Position numbers and translations under genes: made by a program. This document shows positions 45,403 through 55,230 of a DNA stretch of 64,000 nucleotides, one piece after another. The notes beneath the pieces were generated by a model. It made no database searches. It worked only from the letters and a program-made list of their open reading frames with translations, and had not been told where the DNA came from. Location of the stretch: the NCBI GenBank assembly GCA_023435025.1, contig JAEYSE010000030.1, positions 565 through 64,564 on the forward strand, given 5' to 3'. Position 1 is the first letter of the stretch, and the number at the start of each line of letters is the position of its first letter. The DNA is from Bacillota bacterium. GTDB lineage: Bacteria > Bacillota > Clostridia > Christensenellales > CAG-138.

Positions 45403-48114
45403 TTGGAACGACCAAATTGGTATGAGTTGAACATCCACGACGTGTGCGAAGAGCTTGGCGCCAGCGCACAGACCGGCCTGACTTCTATTGAGGCCAAACG
45501 CCGCCTGGAGGAGTCCGGCCCCAATGAGCTGCAGCACAAAAAAGGGGCGAGCGTTTTCCAGATGTTTTTGGAACAGCTCAAGGATTACATGGTCATCATA
45601 CTCATCATCGCCAGCGTTGTCTCCATACTAGTGGGGGAAGTGGCGGACGCCATTGTGATATTGGGCATCGTCATCATCAACGCGGTACTGGGCGTATTCC
45701 AGGAATACCGCGCAGGTAAGGCACTGGAAGCCTTAAAAAGGATGTCCGCCCCCCACGCCAAGGTGCTGCGAGACGGAGAGCCTGTGACCATACCTGCGCG
45801 CGAATTGGTACCCGGCGATACAGTTATATTGGAAACAGGGGATTACGTGCCTGCCGACGTGCGGCTGATATCCACCGTCAACCTCAAGGTAGAGGAAGCC
45901 GCGCTCACGGGTGAATCCGTGCCTGTAGAAAAGCACGCGGAAGCGGAATTGAAGGGCGACGTGGGTCTGGGCGATCAAATCAATTGCGGGTTCATGAGTA
46001 CGCTTGTCACCTACGGCAGGGGCAGCGGCATTGTCACCTCCACGGGTATGAATACCGTAATCGGCAAGATTGCAGAAATGATACAGGAAGAAGAGGCGGA
46101 GGATACGCCGCTCCAGAAAAAGCTTGCGAAAATGGGCAAGCTTTTGGGCACAGGCTGCCTTGTCATCTGCGCCATCGTGTTCGCAATGGGGTTATTGCGC
46201 GGGGAGCACCTGCTTGAAATGTTTATGACGGCAATTAGTCTCGCTGTTGCCGCCATTCCGGAAGGTCTACCCGCTGTTGTGACAATCGTGCTCGCGTTGG
46301 GCATGCAGCGCATGGCGAAAAAGAACGCAATCATGAAAAAGCTGCACGCTGTAGAGACGCTGGGCAGCACCACCGTCATCTGCTCGGACAAGACCGGCAC
46401 GCTGACGCAGAACCAGATGACGATCGTAAAAATGTATGTGCCCGGCCTTTCCATTGACGTACAGGGGGACGGCTATAACCCAGTAGGCTCGCTTACGGTG
46501 AACGACGCGGCGCTTGATCTTCAGAAAGAGCCCGCTGTTAGCCGCCTTGTGGACGTCATGGCGCTGTGCAACGACGCGCGGCTTGAGCATGTGACGGAAA
46601 ACGGCGCGGACGAATGGCGCATCATAGGCGACCCGACGGAAGGCGCCATGATTGTAGCAGCAGCCAAAGCGGGCGTGAAGCAGGAGACGCACAATCAAAA
46701 GCTGCCCCGCCTGCAGGAAATCCCGTTCGACTCTCAGCGTAAGCTGATGACCACGTTCCACCAAATGGACAACGGCGGGTACGCCGCATTTACCAAGGGC
46801 GCTCCGGATATCCTGGTGGAGCGCTGCACGCAGATTTTGCGCCGGGACGGCACGATTTCCCCCATTACAAGCGCGGACGTCGCGGACATACTCAAAGAGA
46901 ACAAGGCGCTTGCTTCCCAGGCCTACCGCGTGCTCGCGATGGCGTTTAAACCGGTTACCGACATTCCTTCGCACCCCACGCCGGAAGCTGACGAAAAAGA
47001 CCTAGTGTTCTCTGGTCTTGTTGGCATGATCGACCCGCCCCGCACAGAAGCGATAGAAGCCATCAAGGTATGTAAGAGTGCTGGCATCCGTGTGGTCATG
47101 ATCACGGGCGACTATAAGGACACCGCGGCGGCCATCGCAAAGCAGCTTGGTATTATCAGTTCCGACGACCAGGTCATGGCCGGGGCAGACTTAAATGCCA
47201 TGGACGATGAACGGCTCAACGAGACCGCAAAGAACGTCAATGTATACGCACGCGTTTCGCCCGAGCATAAGGTGCGCATCGTGCAGGCGGTAAGGAACAA
47301 CGGCGAAATTGCCGCCATGACAGGCGACGGCGTGAACGACGCGCCCGCATTAAAGCGCGCGGATATCGGCGTGGCCATGGGCATTACGGGTACGGATGTC
47401 ACCAAGGAAAGCGCGGATATGATATTGACCGACGACAACTTCTCCAGCATTGTGCATGCCGTGGAGGAGGGCCGTGTTATTTACAGCAACATCCGCAAGT
47501 TTGTGTTCTTCCTGATGAGCTGCAACGTGGGCGAAATACTCATCATATTCCTTTCCATGCTGCTCCAGTGGCCCATCCCGCTGCTGCCCATCCACCTGTT
47601 ATGGGTCAATCTCTTAACCGACGCGTTCCCGGCCTTGGCTTTGGGCACCGAGAAAAAGGAACCCGGGCTTATGACGGAGCCTCCGCGCAGCCCCAACGAA
47701 AGCATCATCAACAAGGATATGCTGATCAACATCGCGGTACAGAGCGTGGTGATGACGGCTGCGGTGCTGGGTTCCTTCTATTACGGATGGCAGAACTACG
47801 GCATTGAGATGGGCCGCACCTATGCGCTTGTCACCCTCATCGTCAGCGAGCTGTTGCGCGCCTACACCTGCCGCTCCGAAAAGCATCCGCTCTGGAAGAT
47901 CGGCTTCTTTTCCAACCGCAACATGAACCTCGCCACCATTGCTTCTTTCGGGCTCTTGGTTGTCATCATGCTCATTCCCGGGCTGAGGGACATTTTCAAA
48001 GTGTCGACGCTGCACATCCACGATTGGGACTTCGTGGTACTCGTTGGCATGATGCCGCTGGTGTTCGGCGAGCTCACCAAAGTTGTCAAGAACGCCGTTC
48101 GCAAAAAGAAGTAA
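45403..48114 (+). CDS. P-type (P2) cation-transporting ATPase, Ca2+-ATPase-like
   Basis: DKTGTLT phosphorylation site, TGES, MITGD, TGDGVNDAPALK and the PEGLP TM4 motif. 903 aa, TTG start. Confidence 0.9.
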   Translation: MERPNWYELNIHDVCEELGASAQTGLTSIEAKRRLEESGPNELQHKKGASVFQMFLEQLKDYMVIILIIASVVSILVGEVADAIVILGIVIINAVLGVFQEYRAGKALEALKRMSAPHAKVLRDGEPVTIPARELVPGDTVILETGDYVPADVRLISTVNLKVEEAALTGESVPVEKHAEAELKGDVGLGDQINCGFMSTLVTYGRGSGIVTSTGMNTVIGKIAEMIQEEEAEDTPLQKKLAKMGKLLGTGCLVICAIVFAMGLLRGEHLLEMFMTAISLAVAAIPEGLPAVVTIVLALGMQRMAKKNAIMKKLHAVETLGSTTVICSDKTGTLTQNQMTIVKMYVPGLSIDVQGDGYNPVGSLTVNDAALDLQKEPAVSRLVDVMALCNDARLEHVTENGADEWRIIGDPTEGAMIVAAAKAGVKQETHNQKLPRLQEIPFDSQRKLMTTFHQMDNGGYAAFTKGAPDILVERCTQILRRDGTISPITSADVADILKENKALASQAYRVLAMAFKPVTDIPSHPTPEADEKDLVFSGLVGMIDPPRTEAIEAIKVCKSAGIRVVMITGDYKDTAAAIAKQLGIISSDDQVMAGADLNAMDDERLNETAKNVNVYARVSPEHKVRIVQAVRNNGEIAAMTGDGVNDAPALKRADIGVAMGITGTDVTKESADMILTDDNFSSIVHAVEEGRVIYSNIRKFVFFLMSCNVGEILIIFLSMLLQWPIPLLPIHLLWVNLLTDAFPALALGTEKKEPGLMTEPPRSPNESIINKDMLINIAVQSVVMTAAVLGSFYYGWQNYGIEMGRTYALVTLIVSELLRAYTCRSEKHPLWKIGFFSNRNMNLATIASFGLLVVIMLIPGLRDIFKVSTLHIHDWDFVVLVGMMPLVFGELTKVVKNAVRKKK

Positions 48115-48131
48115 ACGCAATTACAGAAGAA

Positions 48132-48168
48132 AGCCGCGCCGGTAAATTCCGGCGCGGCTCTTTTTATT
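48132..48168. terminator. bidirectional Rho-independent terminator
   Basis: AGCCGCGCCGG taaatt CCGGCGCGGCT followed by CTTTTTATT. On the opposite strand it is followed by TTTCTTCT. Confidence 0.8.
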
Positions 48169-48188
48169 GATTCATCAGCTTTTCTCCG

Positions 48189-49568
48189 TCAGTCAGCGGC
48201 CTTAATTCCCTCCGCGTCCGTCCCCAGTATGGAGGGGAGCTCCATGCCCGCCTGCTTAAAAAGATCGTTCATCGGCGGAATGGATTTGAGCATGCCGGAA
48301 AGGAAGTTGGCCGTGGCGGGCGTGCCTGAGCCGTTGCCCATGCTGTCCCATACCGTGACCTTATCGATCTTGATGTTCTTGATGGCATCCACCTGCATCT
48401 GCACAAGCTGTTCGAGCTTATCTGCAATGATAAATTTCACCGCGGCATCCGGGTCTCCACCCGCGGCCTCGACGAGCTTGTTCATACCAACAGCCTGACG
48501 GGTAAGGACTTCCTCAATACCCTTTGCCTGCGCTTCCATACGCGCAAAAATCGCGTCCGCTTCGCCCTTTGCCTTACGGCGCAGCACTTCCGCCTCGGCC
48601 TCCGCGTCAATCTCAGCCTGTTGCTTCTGAATTTCGGCTTTTACAATAATATCTGCCTGCTGGGATGCGCGAACGAGGTCAGCGCGCGTCTGTTCCGCGT
48701 TCTGCTGGGCCACATACGCTTCCTGAAGGGCCATTGCCGCCTGTACCTTTTCCGCAGCCGTCGCGATGCGCAACGCTTCGGCTTCTTTTTCCCTGCGGCG
48801 TGCTTCGGACTGTGCAATTTCAACCTTTGCGGTATTCTCACCCTGTATGGCGGTGGCGTTCGCGGCCGCGACCTCGATACGCTCATCCTTATGGGCGTTG
48901 GCCTGGCCGATTTCACCGTCCCTGTTCTTTTCGGCCACGCTCTTTTTCGCGTCGTTGATGGCTTTAGCTGCGGCTTCCTTACCGAGCGCCTCAATATAGC
49001 CGGATTCGTCGTTGATGTCCGTCACGTTGACGTTGATGAGCCTGAGGCCGATCTTCTTTAACTCAATTTCCACGTTGTTGGAGACGGCGAGCAGGAACTT
49101 ATCGCGGTCGGTGTTGATTTCCTCAATGTCCATCGTGGCAATAACAAGGCGCAATTGACCAAATATAATGTCCTTTGCGAGCTCTTGAATCTCCGGCATT
49201 TTGAGGCCTAAGAGACGCTCAGCGGCGTTCTGCATGATGCCGGGCTCTGTGGAGATACCCACCGTAAAACGGGAAGGTACATCCACGCGGATGTTCTGCT
49301 TGGAGAGCGCATTTTTCAGATCCACATTGATGGACATAGGCGTTAAATCCATATACCTGAAATCCTGCAACACGGGTATAATAAACGCCGCGCCGCCGTG
49401 AATGCACTTTGCCGAGCGATTCTGGCCGCCTTTTTCCGAACCCACCTTGCCGTAGATGACCAGCACCTTATCCGACGGACATTTGCGGTAGCGCGAAAGT
49501 ACGCCAAGCAGTACTGCGAACAGCACAACAGCAATAATGATAATCCCCGTCAATACGTCTAAACCCAT
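48189..49568 (-). CDS. flotillin-family SPFH protein (FloT/YuaG-like)
   Basis: N-terminal hairpin anchor, SPFH domain and an extended EA-repeat flotillin helix (AEAEAEVLRRKAKGEADA). 459 aa. Confidence 0.85.
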   Translation of the reverse strand: MGLDVLTGIIIIAVVLFAVLLGVLSRYRKCPSDKVLVIYGKVGSEKGGQNRSAKCIHGGAAFIIPVLQDFRYMDLTPMSINVDLKNALSKQNIRVDVPSRFTVGISTEPGIMQNAAERLLGLKMPEIQELAKDIIFGQLRLVIATMDIEEINTDRDKFLLAVSNNVEIELKKIGLRLINVNVTDINDESGYIEALGKEAAAKAINDAKKSVAEKNRDGEIGQANAHKDERIEVAAANATAIQGENTAKVEIAQSEARRREKEAEALRIATAAEKVQAAMALQEAYVAQQNAEQTRADLVRASQQADIIVKAEIQKQQAEIDAEAEAEVLRRKAKGEADAIFARMEAQAKGIEEVLTRQAVGMNKLVEAAGGDPDAAVKFIIADKLEQLVQMQVDAIKNIKIDKVTVWDSMGNGSGTPATANFLSGMLKSIPPMNDLFKQAGMELPSILGTDAEGIKAAD

Positions 49569-49816
49569 CTTATATACCCCCTTATATTTAAGTCCGCAGA
49601 TAAAGCCCTACGGACTTCATCTGCGGGTTTCCTTTGGGTTAAAAGTGCGTTTTCACGCACTTTTTTCCGCAAATCTGACGCATGCACCCAAATGGCACAT
49701 ATTCCACAAGGAATGATGTGCAGCGAAAGCTGCACGACAAATCGTTAGATTTGATCTACTGTGGGGATTGCGATCCCCCATGCCCTACTAAGGATAATAG
49801 ATTTCCTGTAACCCAA

Positions 49817-50482
49817 TTACGCTTCCCTTTCCACCACCAGCACGTCCGACCGCACATCCACCACGCGCACAAAGGCACCCGTAGGAATGGCTTCACCATC
49901 GGTAATGGCGTTCACTTCCACAAAACGTTCCTGTAATGTCAAGTTGACTTTTCCTTGTCCTTTTCCTCCTGCAGGGACGCGGACATAAACGCGCGCCGTT
50001 TGCCCCAGCGCGTTCCTTAAGGAAATATTGCCGCTGTCCGCCAGCCGCGCGGTAAGCTGTATGAGTTTTGCGACGCCGTACATTGCAAGGGCGCCAAACA
50101 CAAACCCCACAAACACGGCAAGGCTGCCGGGAATGCCCGAATTGTGCGCAATAATTGACGTCCAGCCAAATACGGTCAGGAACGCGATGACGCCTTCTAG
50201 CGTAAACATTCGCAAAGCGCCATAGCCTGCGCGCGCGTCAATCCCGCCCGTATCCGTGTGTGTATTGGTATCGCCTGCGGCGTCTCCAATATCCACATCG
50301 ACCATATCGCCGATATCTCCGCCGCCGGAAGCATCCCCCGTATCTACCCCGGCGGCGTCATGCCCAAAACCCGCCAGCGTGAGTACAATCTGTATCAGAA
50401 GGATCACGCTCGCGGGTATGGCAATGCAATAAAGCACCTGCAGCAGTGTGCTAAGCCCCTCCCACCAGGCTGCAATTCCCAT
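49817..50482 (-). CDS. NfeD-like (YuaF/YqiJ-type) membrane protein
   Basis: Multiple TM segments plus a C-terminal OB-fold-like tail (GKGQGKVNLTLQERFVEVNAITDGEAIPTGAFVRVVDV). The ATG at 50488 directly abuts GGAGG, so ATG 50482 (6-nt spacing) is preferred. Confidence 0.7.
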   Translation of the reverse strand: MGIAAWWEGLSTLLQVLYCIAIPASVILLIQIVLTLAGFGHDAAGVDTGDASGGGDIGDMVDVDIGDAAGDTNTHTDTGGIDARAGYGALRMFTLEGVIAFLTVFGWTSIIAHNSGIPGSLAVFVGFVFGALAMYGVAKLIQLTARLADSGNISLRNALGQTARVYVRVPAGGKGQGKVNLTLQERFVEVNAITDGEAIPTGAFVRVVDVRSDVLVVEREA

Positions 50483-50655
50483 TGCCATCCTCCTTGTGTA
50501 AATTATATTTACTTTATTATATGGTTCAGAATAGATCCTGTCAATATATGTTCCCTACATTTTATTGATTTCTTTGCTGTTTTCTCTTGCCTTACGGCTA
50601 TAAACTTGTTATTCTATAGTAAATTAATTTTACTATCCGGATTGGAGTGTCAGCG

Positions 50656-51156
50656 TTGGATACCAAGGAACTGGGAAGGCGGTTAAAGGAAGCAAGACTA
50701 TCGAAAAGGCTCACCCAGGCCGAGGTCGTGGGGGATTTTATCACACGCAATATGCTCAGCCAGATCGAAAGCGGGGCGGCCATGCCCAGCATGAAGACGC
50801 TCGCCTATCTGTCAGAGCAGCTCTGCGTGCCGCTCTCCCAACTGCTCGACACCCCTTCGGAGGCCGATGCGGTAGATGAACTCAACTGTGCCAAACGCGC
50901 GTTTTCTGCCGGGGACTTTCCGCTTGCCCTCACAATTGCAAGAAGGCTGGAGCTGCCCTTCTTTGACGAAGCGAACGCCATACTCTCCCGTGCCCATCTT
51001 TCACTGGCGCAACGCTATTTAAAGGAACGGGAATTCGCGTCCGCGTCCGAGCAGGCGCGGCTGGCTGCGGAAAAGGCCCAGCTTGGCATATACGCCTCCC
51101 GCTCACTGCGCTCGGAAGCCCTTCTGTTGCTGGACGAAGCCCAAATTAAACGCTAG
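50656..51156 (+). CDS. XRE-family HTH transcriptional regulator with a helical-repeat C-domain
   Basis: LGRRLKEARLSKRLTQAEVVGDFITRNMLSQIESG. TTG 50656 lies 8 nt after GGAG; the ORF track starts at GTG 50647. Confidence 0.8.
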   Translation: MDTKELGRRLKEARLSKRLTQAEVVGDFITRNMLSQIESGAAMPSMKTLAYLSEQLCVPLSQLLDTPSEADAVDELNCAKRAFSAGDFPLALTIARRLELPFFDEANAILSRAHLSLAQRYLKEREFASASEQARLAAEKAQLGIYASRSLRSEALLLLDEAQIKR

Positions 51157-51265
51157 AAGTAAATTTCTTTTATATTGACGCGGCGGAGCCGAAAAAAGAT
51201 GCAGGGTTTGTCACTTTCTTATGTGTATTGTTGTCTGGGCTTGGCCAGAACGGAAAGGGGCTCTC

Positions 51266-51796
51266 GTGAAGCAGGGATTGACGCATGTATACTACGGCGA
51301 TGGCAAGGGAAAGACTACCGCCGCGCTTGGCTTGGGCCTGCGCGCATGGGGCTCTGGACGAAACGTGGTATTGGTGCAGTTTTTGAAGGATTTTCCCACC
51401 GGAGAGTTAAAGGCCCTCGAGGCGCTCAATGGCTTTACGGTGCTGCGCGGCAAGGCGGTGGGCAAGCTCTTTTCCCGTGATATGAGTACGGAAGAAAAGA
51501 GCCTTACCAAAGCCATACATGATACGAATTTACAGCGTGCGGTTTCCCTAGTAGCCGACGGGAAGTGCGACCTCCTAATTTTGGACGAGGCGCTCGATGC
51601 GTTTCAACTTGGCCTGCTGGAAGAAACTCCGTTCAAAACGCTGGTCTGCAAAAAGCCGGAATATCTGGAGCTTGTCATCACCGGGCACACAGCAGTGGAC
51701 TGGATACTAGAGCGCGCAGACTACATAACGGAAATGGTCAAGCGCAAGCATCCCTATGAAAGAGGTGTGCCCGCCAGAAAGGGCATAGAATTCTAA
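51266..51796 (+). CDS. cob(I)yrinic acid a,c-diamide adenosyltransferase (CobO/BtuR family)
   Basis: GLTHVYYGDGKGKTTAALG P-loop, ..LDE.., ..LVITGH.., ..KHPYERGVPARKGIEF. GTG 51266 follows GGAAAGGGG. Confidence 0.8.
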   Translation: MKQGLTHVYYGDGKGKTTAALGLGLRAWGSGRNVVLVQFLKDFPTGELKALEALNGFTVLRGKAVGKLFSRDMSTEEKSLTKAIHDTNLQRAVSLVADGKCDLLILDEALDAFQLGLLEETPFKTLVCKKPEYLELVITGHTAVDWILERADYITEMVKRKHPYERGVPARKGIEF

Positions 51797-51899
51797 ACGC
51801 CCCCATTATGCGCGGCTGTTCTTGGCCGCCTTTTTTCTTACCCGTGGTTATGGTATTGTGTATGTGTACCTATCTACATGAAACAAGGCGGGACGACCC

Positions 51900-53633
51900 A
51901 TGGAACAAAAAACATTAAGACGCCCGGTATCGCTTAGTTGGCGGCTCGTTACCATCGTGCTGCTGTGTTGGGTACTGCCTGTGTTGCTTATATTGGGGGC
52001 GGTGGGGGCCTATTCCTACTCACAGGTCAAGCAACAGATTGCGGATACCATTACGGTAAGCGCACAGAACGCCGCCAACATGGTAAAGGCCGGCATGGAA
52101 AACGCGCTCTCCGATTCGCGGGCAGCCTCCTACGACCCGACCATACGCACGGCTTTCGCCGCCTACCAGGGCAACGGGGATAAGGTGGCGCTCTATGATA
52201 CGCTGATCGACTATCTCACCCGCCAATATCGCTACAACGACATGTTCACCACCACCATGCTGTTTTTCCGCGACGAGCCGGATAGCGTCTATTATATTAA
52301 CAACATCGCCAACGCCAACGCATATGGGCTTGTACGCCAATATGTCGCCACCGTACACGATACCGTACAGTCCCTTTCAAATGACATCGGCACGAATATC
52401 CGCTTTGTCGCCTACGACGAAACGCTATATATGGTACGAAACCTGGTGGACAGCTCCTTTGTGCCGTACGCCATGCTTGTGATGCAGATTGATAAAGCCG
52501 TGCTATTCCGGGAATTGACCGGTATTGTCTGGCTGACTGACGCCACCGTAACGCTGGACGGCGCATCCGTCACAGTATTTGGCACGGGCGCAAAGGCGCC
52601 GGAAAACGGCAAATCCATCAACGACATGCAGTATGAGGAGAAAGACGGCCTGATAACGGTTGGGCTCACGCAAAAGCTGGAACAGCACAACGTAACCTAC
52701 CTTCTCCGGATGGACAGCACCAATCTTCTTGATCAATTATCCAACATGCAGAAGCTGCTGCTTCCCATCAGTATATTCGTAGTGCCGCTGCTCTTAATCG
52801 CGCTGTTTGCGTTCAACCGGCTGGTTTCGCGACCGGTGGAACGTCTGGTTGAAGCCGCGTCCATCATTGAAAAAGGCGAACTGGGTTATCAGGCAGCCGA
52901 TCTTCCTTCCAGCCTGGAATTCCGTTATCTTTACGAGCGGTTCAACAGCATGTCCATGAGCATGAAGGAGCAGTTTGAGCGAAGCTATTACGAGCAGCTT
53001 GCCCTGCAGGATTCCCGCATGAAGGCCCTGCAATCCCAGATCAATCCGCACTTTTTAAACAACACACTTGAGATCATCAACTGGGAAGCCAGAATGGCAG
53101 GCAATCTGAACGTTTCTAAAATGATCGAGGCACTCTCCACGCTGCTTTCCGCCGCCACCGCGCGCGGCGGCAACCCCATGACACATTTGAGCGAGGAACT
53201 TGCGTTTGTAGACGCATATCTCTACATTATCTCCGTGCGCATGGGGAAGCGATTGCATGTTGTAAAGGAAATCGATGAAGAGCTGCTGTCCTTGCTTGTT
53301 CCGCGTCTTATCATGCAGCCGGTAGTGGAAAACGCGGTGGAGCACGGCATTACTCCGCGTCAGCGCGGCACGCTGACTTTGCGCGTGTACGCGCAGGGCG
53401 AGACGTTACGCCTGGAAGTGGAAAACGACGGGGGCATGAGCGACGCGGATAAGGTTGCCATCCTGCGTCTGCTTACTGAGGAAACCCAGGAAGAGGATGT
53501 CTCAAAGCCCGGCCAGGTGGGCATACGCAACGTGAACCAACGTCTAAAACTCCTCTACGGCAGCGGCGCAGGGCTTACGATTGAAGAGACGGATAAGGGC
53601 AACACGCTTGCGCGCATTTCACTCCCCCTATAA
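51900..53633 (+). CDS. sensor histidine kinase, YesM/LytS-type (two TM segments, large extracytoplasmic domain, HAMP, His_kinase + HATPase)
   Basis: QINPHFLNNTLEIINWEA phospho-acceptor box and the HATPase N/G boxes (ENAVEHGI.., GIRNVNQRL). Confidence 0.85.
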   Translation: MEQKTLRRPVSLSWRLVTIVLLCWVLPVLLILGAVGAYSYSQVKQQIADTITVSAQNAANMVKAGMENALSDSRAASYDPTIRTAFAAYQGNGDKVALYDTLIDYLTRQYRYNDMFTTTMLFFRDEPDSVYYINNIANANAYGLVRQYVATVHDTVQSLSNDIGTNIRFVAYDETLYMVRNLVDSSFVPYAMLVMQIDKAVLFRELTGIVWLTDATVTLDGASVTVFGTGAKAPENGKSINDMQYEEKDGLITVGLTQKLEQHNVTYLLRMDSTNLLDQLSNMQKLLLPISIFVVPLLLIALFAFNRLVSRPVERLVEAASIIEKGELGYQAADLPSSLEFRYLYERFNSMSMSMKEQFERSYYEQLALQDSRMKALQSQINPHFLNNTLEIINWEARMAGNLNVSKMIEALSTLLSAATARGGNPMTHLSEELAFVDAYLYIISVRMGKRLHVVKEIDEELLSLLVPRLIMQPVVENAVEHGITPRQRGTLTLRVYAQGETLRLEVENDGGMSDADKVAILRLLTEETQEEDVSKPGQVGIRNVNQRLKLLYGSGAGLTIEETDKGNTLARISLPL

Positions 53634-53782
53634 ATAGTTGCCATGAAATGGCGCAACGAGCGTCAAAAAAGAGCAATCGGAGCAATTCTGATGTTCCCCT
53701 GATGCATATAAAATATAGTTGTCTTACACAAGACGCGCATCTTCTATTCATATCCAAATATCGAAAATGGAGGACAAGGTAA

Positions 53783-55111
53783 ATGAAGAAACTGTTTGCT
53801 CTGTTACTCGCAGCGCTCATGCTTGTGTTGTCCTTTGGCTGCACCCCGACCCCCGCGGCAGCCGAACCCACCGCTGCTCCCGTAGCCACGGAGGCGCCCG
53901 CCCCCGAGCCGACCGAAGCGGCCAAAGGCCCCGTCGAGCTGGTGGTCGTGACCTCTTACGGCGGGGATGACGGCAACCGCCAAAATTACCTAGACAGTGT
54001 CGCAGCCTATGAAACGGCCAGCGGCAATAAGGTTCTCGACGCTTCCGCCACCTCCAACGAGGAATGGAAAGCCAAGGTCATGACGGACTTTGAAACCGGT
54101 GCCGAACCCGACGTTCTCTTCTATTTCTCAGGCGTTGACGCCAACAAGATCGTGGAAGCCGGCAAGGTCGTCTCCATTGACGAGATCCGCGCCGAATTCC
54201 CGGATTACGCTTCCAACATGAAGGACTCCATGCTGCAGGCTTCCCCCGCGGACGGCAAGAAATACACCGTGCCCGTGAACGGCTACTGGGAAGGCCTGTT
54301 TGTCAACAAGAAAGTGCTTGCGGACTCCGGCGTTGCCGTACCGGGTGCTGACTACACTTGGGAACAGTTCCTCAAGGATTGCGAAGCCATCAAGGCCAAG
54401 GGCTATACCCCCATCGCCGTTTCCCTGCAGGAAGTTCCGCACTACTGGTTTGAGTTCACCATATTGAACCATGGCAACGTCGTCAACCACACCGGTCTGC
54501 CTGCAAGTGCGACAGATGAAGTTGGGCAGAAGTGGGCATTGGGCCTTGACGATATCACGGCGCTCTACAAGGCCGGTTACCTGCCCAAGAACACACTGAC
54601 TGCAACGGACGCCGAAACCGTCCAAATGATGGCGGACAATCAGGCTGCATTCCTCATCGACGGCAGCTGGAAGATCGGCTGGTTCGTGGACAACGCCGCC
54701 AGCATCGATGATTTCACCGTGACCTATGTGCCCGGCGCAGGCGAGCGCAAGGCGACCGATATCATCGGAGGCCTCTCCATGGGCTACTACATCACCCGCA
54801 AAGCGTGGGACGATCCGGCCAAACGTGAAGCTGCAGTGCAGTTCGTAACGGCCATGACGTCGGATGAAGTGGTAAGTATGTTCGGCGCCACCGCAATCAC
54901 CGCGCTCAAGAATGGCACCGTCCCGCCCGCCGACGCAAATAGCCTGGTCAAAGACGCTCTCGCCATGACCAAGGGCGCCACCGGTATCTCCGGGGCAACA
55001 CAGGACGGCTTGAAGGCGGAAGGACGTGCGGACCTCTTTGCCAATATCAAGAACATCGTGGAAGGCAAAATCACCGCGGCCGACGCCATTACAAGCGCCC
55101 TTTCCAAGTAA
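53783..55111 (+). CDS. oligosaccharide ABC substrate-binding lipoprotein (family 1)
   Basis: MKKLFALLLAALMLVLSFGC lipobox and an Ala/Pro/Glu/Thr linker. 442 aa. Confidence 0.85.
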   Translation: MKKLFALLLAALMLVLSFGCTPTPAAAEPTAAPVATEAPAPEPTEAAKGPVELVVVTSYGGDDGNRQNYLDSVAAYETASGNKVLDASATSNEEWKAKVMTDFETGAEPDVLFYFSGVDANKIVEAGKVVSIDEIRAEFPDYASNMKDSMLQASPADGKKYTVPVNGYWEGLFVNKKVLADSGVAVPGADYTWEQFLKDCEAIKAKGYTPIAVSLQEVPHYWFEFTILNHGNVVNHTGLPASATDEVGQKWALGLDDITALYKAGYLPKNTLTATDAETVQMMADNQAAFLIDGSWKIGWFVDNAASIDDFTVTYVPGAGERKATDIIGGLSMGYYITRKAWDDPAKREAAVQFVTAMTSDEVVSMFGATAITALKNGTVPPADANSLVKDALAMTKGATGISGATQDGLKAEGRADLFANIKNIVEGKITAADAITSALSK

Positions 55112-55144
55112 CGCCGCCAACCCACAGGGAGGGTATGAACAAGC

Positions 55145-55178
55145 GGGGCTGTCCGGGCACACCCGGGCAGCCCTTTTC
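55145..55178 (+). promoter_or_regulatory. stem-loop between binding-protein and permease genes (partial terminator / mRNA stabiliser)
   Basis: GGGGCTGTCCGGG cacac CCGGGCAGCCC followed by TTTTCCC. Confidence 0.5.
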
Positions 55179-55230
55179 CCAGTAGGCACTGACTGAATCT
55201 GTGCTTACCTAAGCCTTAGAGGATGACGAC

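Noticed and set aside
54128-55189. 353-aa minus-strand ORF
   Set aside because: It is antisense to the lipoprotein binding-protein gene. It gives an R/G/H-rich shadow translation and has no RBS.
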